Below, piece after piece: positions 1 to 8,666 of a stretch of 64,000 bases of DNA. Made by a program: the position numbers and the translations under genes. The notes under the pieces were generated by a model. The model had not been told where the DNA came from. It saw only the letters and a program-made list of their open reading frames with translations, and ran no database searches. Within the stretch, counting starts at the first letter, position 1, and the number at the start of each line of letters is the position of its first letter. This DNA is from Actinomycetota bacterium (GTDB lineage: Bacteria; Actinomycetota; Actinomycetes; Mycobacteriales; Pseudonocardiaceae): assembly GCA_032230695.1 (NCBI GenBank), contig JAVXWP010000059.1:36080-100079 (forward strand). The letters are read 5' to 3'.

Positions 1-179
1 GTCCGGGATTAAGTTGACCAACGACCACACACCACGAGCAGTTGAAAACCCCAGCGAGGGGTACCGTCGAGGATCCCACGGCTGGTAAACATAACGGATG
101 CGCGCGACACAGGTAACCCACATTCGATCAGCGCGCAACCGAGTTTCCGAGAAGCAAAGACAATGTCAAGAGAGCAAAC

Positions 180-968
180 ATGCATCGTGAGACAAGAATT
201 GTCACCGCGTTCTCACAACTGTCGGATATCCAGGACCACGATTTCACCATAGCGTCGTACGCGAATACGCTGGCCCTCCACACGGTCCGGCTGCTCCAAG
301 TCGACGCGGCGGGCGTGCTGCTCGCCAGCGACACCGGCACCCTCGACCTGTACGGCGCCACGACCGACACCGCCCGGTTCCTGCAGCACACCCAGCTCGA
401 ACTCCAGGCCGGGCCGGGAATCGACAGCATTAGCGCGAACGAGATGGTCAGCGCTCCCGACCTGCGCACCGAAACCCGCTGGGGACGGCTCCCCCGGACA
501 GCGCTCAACGCCGGATTCGCCGCAATCTACGGCGTGCCCATGCGGCTGTGGTCGGACGCGATCGGATCCATTACCCTATTCCGGAAGTCCGCTGGCGATT
601 TCGGCGAAGACGAACTGATACTGAGCGAAGGGCTGGCGCACGTGGCTACCGCGTTCCTCCTGTCGCGACAGGCGATCGAACAAAGCGAGGACTCAAGTGT
701 GCGCCTGCAGCACGCGCTGGATACCCGCATCGCGATCGAGCAGGCCAAAGGCATCCTCGCCGAACGAGGTAAATGCACGCTGAACAGCGCTTTCAACGCG
801 ATACAGAACTTCTCCCGGCGCGACCGGCGGCCCCTGGTGGAGGTGGCACAGGCTGTCATCGACGACTCCCCCAGCGTGTCGGCGCTGACCATGCCGTCCA
901 CCGCACCCGCGCCTGGCCGGCACAGCGCGGTGCAGCGCAACCCGTCGCCGAGGCACCACCAACACTGA
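180..968 (+). CDS. GAF and ANTAR domain RNA-binding regulator (copy 1)
   Basis: GAF-like core (VDAAGVLL, AAIYGVPMRL, IGSITLF) followed by ANTAR signature TRIAIEQAKGILAER...AFNAIQNFSR. Confidence 0.9.
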   Translation: MHRETRIVTAFSQLSDIQDHDFTIASYANTLALHTVRLLQVDAAGVLLASDTGTLDLYGATTDTARFLQHTQLELQAGPGIDSISANEMVSAPDLRTETRWGRLPRTALNAGFAAIYGVPMRLWSDAIGSITLFRKSAGDFGEDELILSEGLAHVATAFLLSRQAIEQSEDSSVRLQHALDTRIAIEQAKGILAERGKCTLNSAFNAIQNFSRRDRRPLVEVAQAVIDDSPSVSALTMPSTAPAPGRHSAVQRNPSPRHHQH

Positions 969-1035
969 CCACCCACCAGCCCAGCAAATGCCCGCGTGTG
1001 AACCGGCCGCCGTAACCCGCACGGAAAGGTTCGCC

Positions 1036-1740
1036 ATGTCACCCGATCGGCGGCAGCAACTGCTGAGGTTACTCGGCCCCCGTGGCGATGACCAGACGTC
1101 GTTCCTGCGCCGGATCTGCGACCTGACCGTGAGCGAAACAGCCGTTTCCGGAGCCGCGGTGAGCGTTATGGGGCAACCCGGCGCACCAAATCACTACGCG
1201 CTCGTCTGCGCGACGGACGCGACGAGCATGGTGCTCGACGATCTGCGCCTGACCACGGGGGTCGGCCCCACCACGGAGGCGTTCACATCGGGAGGCCCGG
1301 TTCTCGTCTCCGACCTCGCCGCCAGCGGCTCCCGGTGGCCCGGGTTCACCGCTGAGGCCTGCGATTCGGGGGTCGCCGCCGTCTTTTCGTTCCCCTTGCA
1401 GATCGGCGCCGTCCGCATCGGCGTGCTCGAACTGCACCGAAGCACCGCCGGCGCCCTGCCGGACCACTCACTGAACGACGTGCTAACCCTGGCGGACATA
1501 GCGACACACATCGTACTGACCGATTTAGACGACGGCGGGGGGCTCACCGATGTCAGATGGCTCTCGGACATCCACGCGGTGGTCCACCAGGCCTCAGGAA
1601 TAGTCGCCGTGCAACTGAGCCTCAGCGTGCGGGACGCGCTGCTGCGCGTTCGAGCACACGCCTTCGCCAACCGGACACCGCTCAACGAAGTCGCTCGCCG
1701 CATCGTGACTCGAGAGCTTCGATTGGAGACCGAATCATGA
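1036..1740 (+). CDS. GAF and ANTAR domain protein (divergent HQASG-type, copy 2)
   Basis: Start taken at ATG 1036 after GGAAAGG (the track start at 988 is upstream). GAF core plus C-terminal VHQASGIVAVQL...ALLRVRAHAFANRTPLNEVARRIV. Its stop overlaps the next ATG (ATGA). Confidence 0.88.
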   Translation: MSPDRRQQLLRLLGPRGDDQTSFLRRICDLTVSETAVSGAAVSVMGQPGAPNHYALVCATDATSMVLDDLRLTTGVGPTTEAFTSGGPVLVSDLAASGSRWPGFTAEACDSGVAAVFSFPLQIGAVRIGVLELHRSTAGALPDHSLNDVLTLADIATHIVLTDLDDGGGLTDVRWLSDIHAVVHQASGIVAVQLSLSVRDALLRVRAHAFANRTPLNEVARRIVTRELRLETES

Positions 1741-2522
1741 CCGATATCAACAACACCACACTCGACACCGGGAGCACCGGCAGCAGCGCCGACCGGGTTT
1801 CCCGGGCTTTCGTGGAACTGGCGGACACGCTGGTCGACGACTTCGACACCATGGAATTCCTCGGCATGCTCGCCGAACGCTGCGTGGACCTGTTGGAGGT
1901 CGCGGCAGCCGGGGTGATACTGGTGGATTCCCGCGGTAATCTGCGAGTCGCGGCGGCGTCGTCGGAACGAGCCGAACTCCTGGAACTGCTGGCTATCCAG
2001 TCGCAGGACGGCCCCTGCATCGAGTGCGTCCACGACGGACAAGCTGTGAGCAGTCCGGACCTGACCCGGGAGACGGCTCGGTGGCCGGTGTTCGCGGAGG
2101 CGGCGCGGGCGGCCGGATTCAGGACAGCTCACGCGCTTCCGCTGCGGCTGAGGCGGCAGATCGTGGGCGTACTTACCCTGATGGGCCATTCGCCGGGTGA
2201 GATCGGCGCCGACAGCATCCGGCTGGGGCAGGCGCTGGCCGACGTCGCCACCATCGGCATTATCCAGCAACGCACAATCGAACGAGGAACGATACTTTCC
2301 GAGCAGCTGCAGACCGCGCTCAACAGTCGGGTCATCCTGGAACAGGCTAAAGGGGTGCTGTCGGAACTAGGCGGCAACCTGCCCATGAACGAGGCCTTCG
2401 AACTCCTGCGCAGGTACGCGCGCGCCCACGGCCGTCCCCTGACCGAACTCGCCCGGGCCATCGTGGAGCGGGTCACCGACGGGAACGCGATACTCGATTA
2501 TTCTGACAGCGCGACAAAATGA
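1737..2522 (+). CDS. GAF and ANTAR domain protein (copy 3)
   Basis: AFVELADTLVDDFD N-terminus, GAF core, SRVILEQAKGVL ANTAR motif; translationally coupled to copy 2. Confidence 0.9.
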   Translation: MTDINNTTLDTGSTGSSADRVSRAFVELADTLVDDFDTMEFLGMLAERCVDLLEVAAAGVILVDSRGNLRVAAASSERAELLELLAIQSQDGPCIECVHDGQAVSSPDLTRETARWPVFAEAARAAGFRTAHALPLRLRRQIVGVLTLMGHSPGEIGADSIRLGQALADVATIGIIQQRTIERGTILSEQLQTALNSRVILEQAKGVLSELGGNLPMNEAFELLRRYARAHGRPLTELARAIVERVTDGNAILDYSDSATK

Positions 2523-2888
2523 TTCCATCACCCTTTCGAGTGACCTAAAATAGGCACCCACATCTACTTTACCCCGATTGACACGCCGTTCGGTCAAATA
2601 GAGCGCACCATTCGGCGCAATACCGGAACACCGTGGCGATTCGCGCCGCAAGGAATTCCCGATGGATTCCCTGCACTCGAAGCACCGACATTTCCACTGG
2701 AGGCACCCGCTTAGGATTCCTTTGCGGGGTACGGTACTTTTACGAAGCACGCTGGCCCGCATAGAATACCGTTGCACAACCGGATCGGCACGGTATGTGT
2801 TTCCCGGAGCGCCCAGCGGATCCGTACCCCTGACCTCGGTACGTCGCAGTCCGATCGATCCAAGGACCAGCGTACCGAAAGGGGCGGC

Positions 2889-3089
2889 ATGGAAGTACTT
2901 TCGTCCTGCCTGGCAATCATCCTCGCCGCACTCGCCTCGGCCCCGTTACTGCTGCTCACGGCGTGCGGAGTACGCAGGATGACGCGGAAACGCGAGCGCG
3001 TCCGGATCGGAGGGCTCCCCTCCGATCCGGCCGACGACCAGGAGCGGGCGCCGAAGAACGGACCCCCTCCGGAAATGCGCGCACAATAG
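2889..3089 (+). CDS. small single-pass membrane protein (66 aa), hypothetical
   Basis: ATG 2889 after GAAAGGGG; hydrophobic VLSSCLAIILAALASAPLLLLTAC then basic RRMTRKR (positive-inside rule). Confidence 0.5.
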   Translation: MEVLSSCLAIILAALASAPLLLLTACGVRRMTRKRERVRIGGLPSDPADDQERAPKNGPPPEMRAQ

Positions 3090-3109
3090 CCGCTATCACA
3101 CCATGGGGT

Positions 3110-3143
3110 GAAATGTGTCCGGTTTCGATCCCGAACACATTTC
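3110..3143. promoter_or_regulatory. 13-bp inverted repeat with one mismatch, upstream of ANTAR copy 4 (hairpin or operator)
   Basis: GAAATGTGTCCGG (3110-3122) versus CCGAACACATTTC (3131-3143). Confidence 0.45.
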
Positions 3144-3201
3144 CGGGGTACCCCAATCGTTCGAACGCACCCAGGCGAGCAGCACCCGAGGAGGGTCGGC
3201 C

Positions 3202-3966
3202 ATGCACCGCGAGACTTCCATCGTTACCGCGTTCGTCGAACTGTCCGACATCCACGTCCAGGATTTCGCGATCGATGACTACGCAGACCTGTTGGTCCGC
3301 CATTCCATCTGGCTGCTGGGAGCCGACGCGGCGAGCCTACTCCTCATAGCCGAAGACGATCGGCTGTACGAATACGGTGCGACAGCGGCCGAAGTGAGAG
3401 ACCTCCAACTCCACCAGGTCCGGCACGACGCGGGGCCGAGCGTCGAGAGTTTTCGCAGCGGACGGCCAGTGGGCTCACCGGACGTTCACTCGGACCCACG
3501 CTGGGCAGAACTCAGTGGCACCCTGGCCGACACCGGGTTCGCCGCCATCCACGCCATCCCGCTGCGGATCCACGACGACGTGATCGGTTCGATCACGCTT
3601 TTCCGGCTGCGAACCGGTGCACTGACCGAAGACGAACTCGTCCTCGCCGAGGCGCTCGCGCACGTGGCCACGAGCTGCCTGCTCCTACGGCGGACCCTCA
3701 CCACCCACGACGTACTGGGCAAGCAGTTGCAGAAGGCATTGAGCAGCCGGGTGGCGATCGAGCAGGCTAAAGGCATTCTCGCCGAGCGCCGCGGTATCAC
3801 CCTCGTCGGCGCCTTCGAACTGATGCGAGCCTTCGCGCGGCGCGACCGGATCCTGCTCGACAAGGTGGCCCACGCCGTGATCGACGGCTCTCCCCAGGTT
3901 TCCGAACTGACCCTTCCCCGCGCGCAACCACCCGAACGTTCGGATCGGCACGGCCCTGCCCGGTGA
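3202..3966 (+). CDS. GAF and ANTAR domain protein (copy 4, closest paralog of copy 1)
   Basis: ATG 3202 after GAGGAGG; MHRETSIVTAF versus MHRETRIVTAF in copy 1; SRVAIEQAKGIL. Confidence 0.9.
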   Translation: MHRETSIVTAFVELSDIHVQDFAIDDYADLLVRHSIWLLGADAASLLLIAEDDRLYEYGATAAEVRDLQLHQVRHDAGPSVESFRSGRPVGSPDVHSDPRWAELSGTLADTGFAAIHAIPLRIHDDVIGSITLFRLRTGALTEDELVLAEALAHVATSCLLLRRTLTTHDVLGKQLQKALSSRVAIEQAKGILAERRGITLVGAFELMRAFARRDRILLDKVAHAVIDGSPQVSELTLPRAQPPERSDRHGPAR

Positions 3967-4020
3967 ACCAGGCGGCGCACGGGCTGTGAGGTGCCACCAG
4001 GGCCCACGTTGTGCGGGCAC

Positions 4021-4324
4021 GAACGGAACACCAACATCACTTCGGGAGAAGAACTTCGACCCCTTGGGGCCCAGGGAATGATTTCCCTTCAGCATGGACA
4101 CATGCTCACACCTGCTGGCCCGCGCTGTGGACGAAATCGTCACGAGCATCGCGGCGACACCCATGCCGGCAGGTGATCTGAAAATCACCGCCACGGTCAG
4201 CGGAGGTTGCGCCGTCGGCCAGAACGACTCACCTGACGACCTGGCACATGCCGCGGATGTCCGGTTGTACGAAGCCAAGGCTGCCGGACGGAATCGGATC
4301 GTCGCCGCGCCCGGCGTCCGCTGA
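4021..4324 (+). pseudogene. diguanylate cyclase (GGDEF) remnant
   Basis: C-terminal GGDEF half is intact in one frame (ITATVSGGCA...LAHAADVRLYEAKAAGRNRIV). A degenerate GGEEF, reading SGEEL, lies at 4042-4056 in another frame. No N-terminus. Confidence 0.75.
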
Positions 4325-4471
4325 CCCGCGCAGGTGTTTTCACCTCAAAGCTCCCGGACGGAACCCAAAGCGCACCAGATACCGCAACCGTCGCCATGGA
4401 CGGTGTTCGCGGGCGCGCGGTGAGATCCGCACTGCCAGCTACGCATCCGATGCGAACGGGGAAGTCAGCCG

Positions 4472-5737
4472 ATGACCAGTACCCTCACCGCCCAGGCAGC
4501 CAGCCGTGGCCTGCCCCGGGTACTGCTCGTGGACGACGAACCGTCGATACTGGCCATCCTGCGCCGGCAGTTGCGGAACCACTACGAAATAGTCACCGCC
4601 ACCGACGGCCCGACCGGACTCGAACTGCTTCAGCACGGCGGTCCCTTCGCCGCGGTCGTCAGCGACATGAGCATGCCGATCATGGATGGGGCGACCTTCC
4701 TCGCCGGTGCGCGCGCGGCGGCGCGCGACACCGTCCGGATACTGCTCACCGGACAGTCCGACATCGACGCCGTGGTCGACGCGGTGAACCGTGGCCAGAT
4801 ATTCCGGTTCCTGTCAAAGCCGTGCCCGGCCGAAGTGCTCCAGGCATGCCTTCGCGACGCCGTCGATCAGCACCACCTCAGTCAAGCCCGAACCGAGATC
4901 CTCGAGCGAGCCACCAGAACGGTGCCGTCGCCGAGGATCACCTCCAACACCGCTCAGGCGGTGGCCGCGCTGGAGCAGGCCCTCGCGACCCATCAGTTGG
5001 TGGTCTGGTATCAGCCCATCGTCGACCTGCACAGCCAGAGAATCGTCGGCGCGGAAGCGCTCATTCGCTGGCAGCACCCCGAACGGGGCCTTGTACCGCC
5101 GGCTGAGTTCCTCCCGCTCGCGGAACAGAGCGGCGTGATCGTGCCAATCGGCCGATGGATACTCGAGCAGTCGTTCGCCGACGCCGCGACCTGGCCGGAT
5201 TCCGGCGGCCTTCCCTATTTCCTGGCCGTCAACGTTTCGACCCGCCAAGTCTGTGATCCCGCCTTCGTCGACGACGTGCGCAATGCGTTGCTGAAGAGCA
5301 CGCTTGGCGCCGGTTCGGTCAAGCTGGAGATCACCGAGTCGACGCTGCTCGAAGATCCCCGCCAGGCCGGGCGGACTCTGCAGCGCTTGCGGGACTTCGG
5401 CATCGAGATCTCGGTCGACGACTTCGGCACCGGGATCTGCTCGCTGAGCAACATCCGGGATCTTCCGATCGACGAGTTCAAGATCGACCGTTCGTTCATC
5501 GAGTCCCTCCCGGAAGCCACCTCGGTCGCCGTGGCGGAAACCATCATCCACCTTGGCCGGAATCTCGGGTTGGGCATCATTGCCAAAGGCATCGAAACCA
5601 CCGTCCAGTGGGACGCGGTCCGCAATCTCGGCTGTCACCTCGGACAAGGCTTCCTATTCGGCAAACCCATGGATCACAAGAGTTTCAAGCGGGCTTTGAG
5701 TCCAGGTTCGAAGCGGATAAAGAAGCCGCGGAAATGA
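4472..5737 (+). CDS. REC-EAL response regulator (c-di-GMP phosphodiesterase family)
   Basis: REC motifs VLLVDDE, VVSDMSMP, FRFLSKP; EAL motifs EALIRW, LEITE, DDFGTG, KIDRSF, QGFLFGKP; the EGxE motif reads KGIE. Confidence 0.92.
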   Translation: MTSTLTAQAASRGLPRVLLVDDEPSILAILRRQLRNHYEIVTATDGPTGLELLQHGGPFAAVVSDMSMPIMDGATFLAGARAAARDTVRILLTGQSDIDAVVDAVNRGQIFRFLSKPCPAEVLQACLRDAVDQHHLSQARTEILERATRTVPSPRITSNTAQAVAALEQALATHQLVVWYQPIVDLHSQRIVGAEALIRWQHPERGLVPPAEFLPLAEQSGVIVPIGRWILEQSFADAATWPDSGGLPYFLAVNVSTRQVCDPAFVDDVRNALLKSTLGAGSVKLEITESTLLEDPRQAGRTLQRLRDFGIEISVDDFGTGICSLSNIRDLPIDEFKIDRSFIESLPEATSVAVAETIIHLGRNLGLGIIAKGIETTVQWDAVRNLGCHLGQGFLFGKPMDHKSFKRALSPGSKRIKKPRK

Positions 5738-5754
5738 CGGGCACCGAAGTCCGC

Positions 5755-5857
5755 CGGGACTGAAAGAAAGGGCCTTCGAACCATTCCTCGCCACCAAACC
5801 GATCCGTAAAGGAACCGGCCGAAAGGAAACTCTGCTTGAGGATTTCCCTCAGTCTCG
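5755..5857 (+). ncRNA. candidate structured cis-regulatory leader RNA of the polysaccharide operon
   Basis: Closing helix CGGGACUGA (5755-5763)/UCAGUCUCG (5849-5857) encloses hairpins CCG-A-UCC-GUAAA-GGA-AC-CGG, CC-GAAA-GG and GAGG-AUUUC-CCUC, joined by A-rich linkers. Folded by eye only. Confidence 0.45.
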
Positions 5858-6015
5858 CGAGCTAACTCCTAATATTTGGATCGGGACCCACCGGTAACTC
5901 GACCACATTCAGGTGACATCGACGTCGGCGAAGCGAGAGGTGTGTATCGTGTCGAAGCACCGGCCCGGTCCTTGCCGCGAGAACACCGCAAAAAACACGA
6001 CCGGGTTGAGGTGAA

Positions 6016-7557
6016 ATGTATCTACACGATTTTCTTCCAGTGGCGCGAGCGCGCTGGCGGCTCGTTCTGGCCGGCATGCTGATCGGTTTGGCGAGCGCCG
6101 CGGCGATCACCTGGGCGACACCTCGGCAGTATTCCGCTCAAGTAACCATCTATGTATCGGCTCAAGCCGGCGCGGACAGCACGACCGCGGCATACCAGGG
6201 AAATCTGCTGTCCGAGCAAAAGATGAAGTCGTACACACAACTGCTGACGAGCCGCGGCGTCGCTCAGGATATCGCCGACCGGCTTGGGGCAGCCGACAAG
6301 ACGGACGACATCCAGCAGGCGATCGCCGCATCCTCCCAGCCGGATACGGTTCTGCTCACCGCTGTCGCCACGGACCGGTCCCCGCTGCGCGCGCAGCAGA
6401 TCGCGGACGTCGCCGGGGTCGCGTTCACCTCACTGGTGGCACGGCTGGAGACCCCCGTGCCCGGCCGCCCACCCGCTGTGACCGCCCAGGTCGTCGAATC
6501 CGCCAGTTTGCCGACAGTTCCGGTGACCCCGAGGCCGGCGATCAATACCGGCCTGGGAATCCTGCTGGGCCTGCTCGCGGGCTGCACGGCGGCCGCCGTG
6601 CGCCACCGGTTGGACACTTCGGTCAAATCCGTCGATGACGTGCTCGAGGTCACCGGATCTCCGAATCTGGGCAATATCGCCCACGACGCGAGTATCCCGG
6701 AGCATCCGCTCACTGTTCACGAGCATCCGAATTCACCCCGATCCGAAGCGTTTCGGAAGATTCGTACCAATCTCCAGTTCATCGATGTCGACCGGCCGCG
6801 AAAGACAATCGTTATCACCAGTTCGATGCCCGAGGAGGGAAAGACCACAACCCTGTGCAATCTCGCGATCGCGCTGGCCCAGGCCGGCCGGAAGGTCGTC
6901 GTGGTCGAGACCGACCTCCGACGCCCTCGCGCGGCCGACTACCTCGGTCTGGAAGGCGCGGTCGGTGTCACCAGCGTGCTCGCGGGCCGTGTGTCCTTGG
7001 ACAGCGCGGTACAGCCGTGGGGATCGGACATGTTCGACGTACTGTCCAGCGGCCCGATTCCCCCGAATCCGAGTGAGCTACTGGCATCAAGGCAAATGAG
7101 CAATCTGCTCGCCGAACTGAGCAACCGGTACGACATCGTTCTTCTTGACGCGCCGCCACTTCTTCCTGTCACCGACGCCGCCATCCTGGGTGCGGAATGC
7201 GATGGCGCCCTCCTGATAGTCCGGCACGGCAGGACCACTCGAAATCAGCTCAAGTCGGCCGTGTCCGCATTGGAAAGCGCCTCCGTCCGCGTTCTCGGAA
7301 CCGTATTGTCGATGACGCCGGAATCAGGCTCGGACGACTACTACCACTACTATGCGAGACTCACTGACGGAGGCCCTCAAACCAGGCCCATCCGGCCGAT
7401 TCCAGCGGTCAAGAGCCAGGCCCGCGCGGACGCCGCTCCCGCTAACGACTGTCCGACGCGCGAAATCGCTCGCGACGCCTCCTCAAGGAACGGACGCGGG
7501 ACACTGACCAGGCAATCCATTGGAGTTCGCAAACCGCGTCCCGGCGGCACGCCATGA
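6016..7557 (+). CDS. wzc: polysaccharide co-polymerase / BY-kinase fusion (Wzc-like)
   Basis: Two TM segments flanking a Wzz-like loop; SEAFRKIRTNL, Walker A PEEGKTT, A' ETDLRRP, Walker B LLDAPP, Tyr cluster DDYYHYY; RBS GAGGTG. Confidence 0.92.
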   Translation: MYLHDFLPVARARWRLVLAGMLIGLASAAAITWATPRQYSAQVTIYVSAQAGADSTTAAYQGNLLSEQKMKSYTQLLTSRGVAQDIADRLGAADKTDDIQQAIAASSQPDTVLLTAVATDRSPLRAQQIADVAGVAFTSLVARLETPVPGRPPAVTAQVVESASLPTVPVTPRPAINTGLGILLGLLAGCTAAAVRHRLDTSVKSVDDVLEVTGSPNLGNIAHDASIPEHPLTVHEHPNSPRSEAFRKIRTNLQFIDVDRPRKTIVITSSMPEEGKTTTLCNLAIALAQAGRKVVVVETDLRRPRAADYLGLEGAVGVTSVLAGRVSLDSAVQPWGSDMFDVLSSGPIPPNPSELLASRQMSNLLAELSNRYDIVLLDAPPLLPVTDAAILGAECDGALLIVRHGRTTRNQLKSAVSALESASVRVLGTVLSMTPESGSDDYYHYYARLTDGGPQTRPIRPIPAVKSQARADAAPANDCPTREIARDASSRNGRGTLTRQSIGVRKPRPGGTP

Positions 7558-8666
7558 TCTCCCGGAAGCGGGGAAAGCCTGACACGGCGGTTCCCCCGGA
7601 TACCGATGACGACCTCACGCGCGGGGCGACCGAACCGGAAAGCACCACAGCGCGACACCGGCGCAAGCCGGCGCATCGGATACTGCTCGTCCTTTCCATT
7701 GTCCTCGTCGGTGCGGTCACCCTTGCCACGGTCGGTCTGTACGTACTCACCGATTCCGTCGCGAATCAGGTCGTCCGCACACCCAACGTCTTCACCGGAC
7801 TCGATGAGGCGGCACGGCCGCCTGCCACGGAAGCGATGACCTTCCTACTGATCGGGACCGACTCGCTCGATCCCGATCACTCGGCCGACGAACCCCCCAA
7901 GGTGACCTTCGAACCGGGCTCGCAACGCAGCGATGTGATCATGCTCGTCCGGCTCGACAAGGACAGGTCCAAGGCCACGGTCGTCTCCCTGCCGCGAGAC
8001 AGCTGGGTGACTGTTCCGGGCTACGGCAACGAGAAGATCAACGCCGCCTACTCCTTCGGCGGACCGTCACTCCTCGTCCGGACCGTGGAGGCACTGACCC
8101 ACATCCGGGTCGACCATTTCGGGGTGATCGACTTCGCGGGGTTCCAATCGGTGATCGATCTCGTCGGCGGAATCGACGTCACCATCGACGCGGCGACCAC
8201 GGCGGGCGGGGTTTCGTTCCACGAGGGTGTGAACCATCTGAGCGGACTGCAGGCATTGTCCTATGTGCGCCAACGCAAAGGCCTCCCCCGCGGCGATCTC
8301 GACCGGGTCCGGCGACATCAAAACGCGCTGCGCGCACTGGTGACCAAGATCGCGTCCAGCACCACTCTTTCGCACCCCGCCGACAGCTACCGGCTTCTCG
8401 ACACCCTCAGCCAGTGGGTAAGGGTCGACGACACGTTCACCAACAACGGCCTGCGCTCATTCGTCTTCGGTCTGCGCGATCTCCGTCCGACCCAGGTCAC
8501 CTTCCTCACTGCTCCGGTAGGCGGACTCGGACGTGAAGGCTCACAATCGGTCGTCTATCTCGAACTCGACCGGGGGAGCGCGCTCTGGCATGCCCTTGGC
8601 ACCGGCCAAATCGACGCCTACGTGGTCATGCACCCGGAGGGCATTCTGGGCGTTTCGAGCCCATGA
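7554..8666 (+). CDS. LCP (LytR-CpsA-Psr) family glycopolymer transferase
   Basis: N-terminal TM; RSDVIML, SLPRDSWV, KINAAY, YVRQR, GDLDRVRRHQ motifs. Confidence 0.93.
   Translation: MISRKRGKPDTAVPPDTDDDLTRGATEPESTTARHRRKPAHRILLVLSIVLVGAVTLATVGLYVLTDSVANQVVRTPNVFTGLDEAARPPATEAMTFLLIGTDSLDPDHSADEPPKVTFEPGSQRSDVIMLVRLDKDRSKATVVSLPRDSWVTVPGYGNEKINAAYSFGGPSLLVRTVEALTHIRVDHFGVIDFAGFQSVIDLVGGIDVTIDAATTAGGVSFHEGVNHLSGLQALSYVRQRKGLPRGDLDRVRRHQNALRALVTKIASSTTLSHPADSYRLLDTLSQWVRVDDTFTNNGLRSFVFGLRDLRPTQVTFLTAPVGGLGREGSQSVVYLELDRGSALWHALGTGQIDAYVVMHPEGILGVSSP

Noticed and set aside
1011-1039. CGTAAC as a ShbA/SigD -35 element
   Set aside because: The matching -10 position falls on the start codon and matches poorly.
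5738-6015. Known riboswitch (c-di-AMP words GGGACCCA and AGCTAACTC; glycine words ACCGAAG and TTCAGGT; c-di-GMP-I)
   Set aside because: The words are in the wrong order or spacing and the core motifs are absent, so it is kept only as an unassigned structured-RNA candidate.
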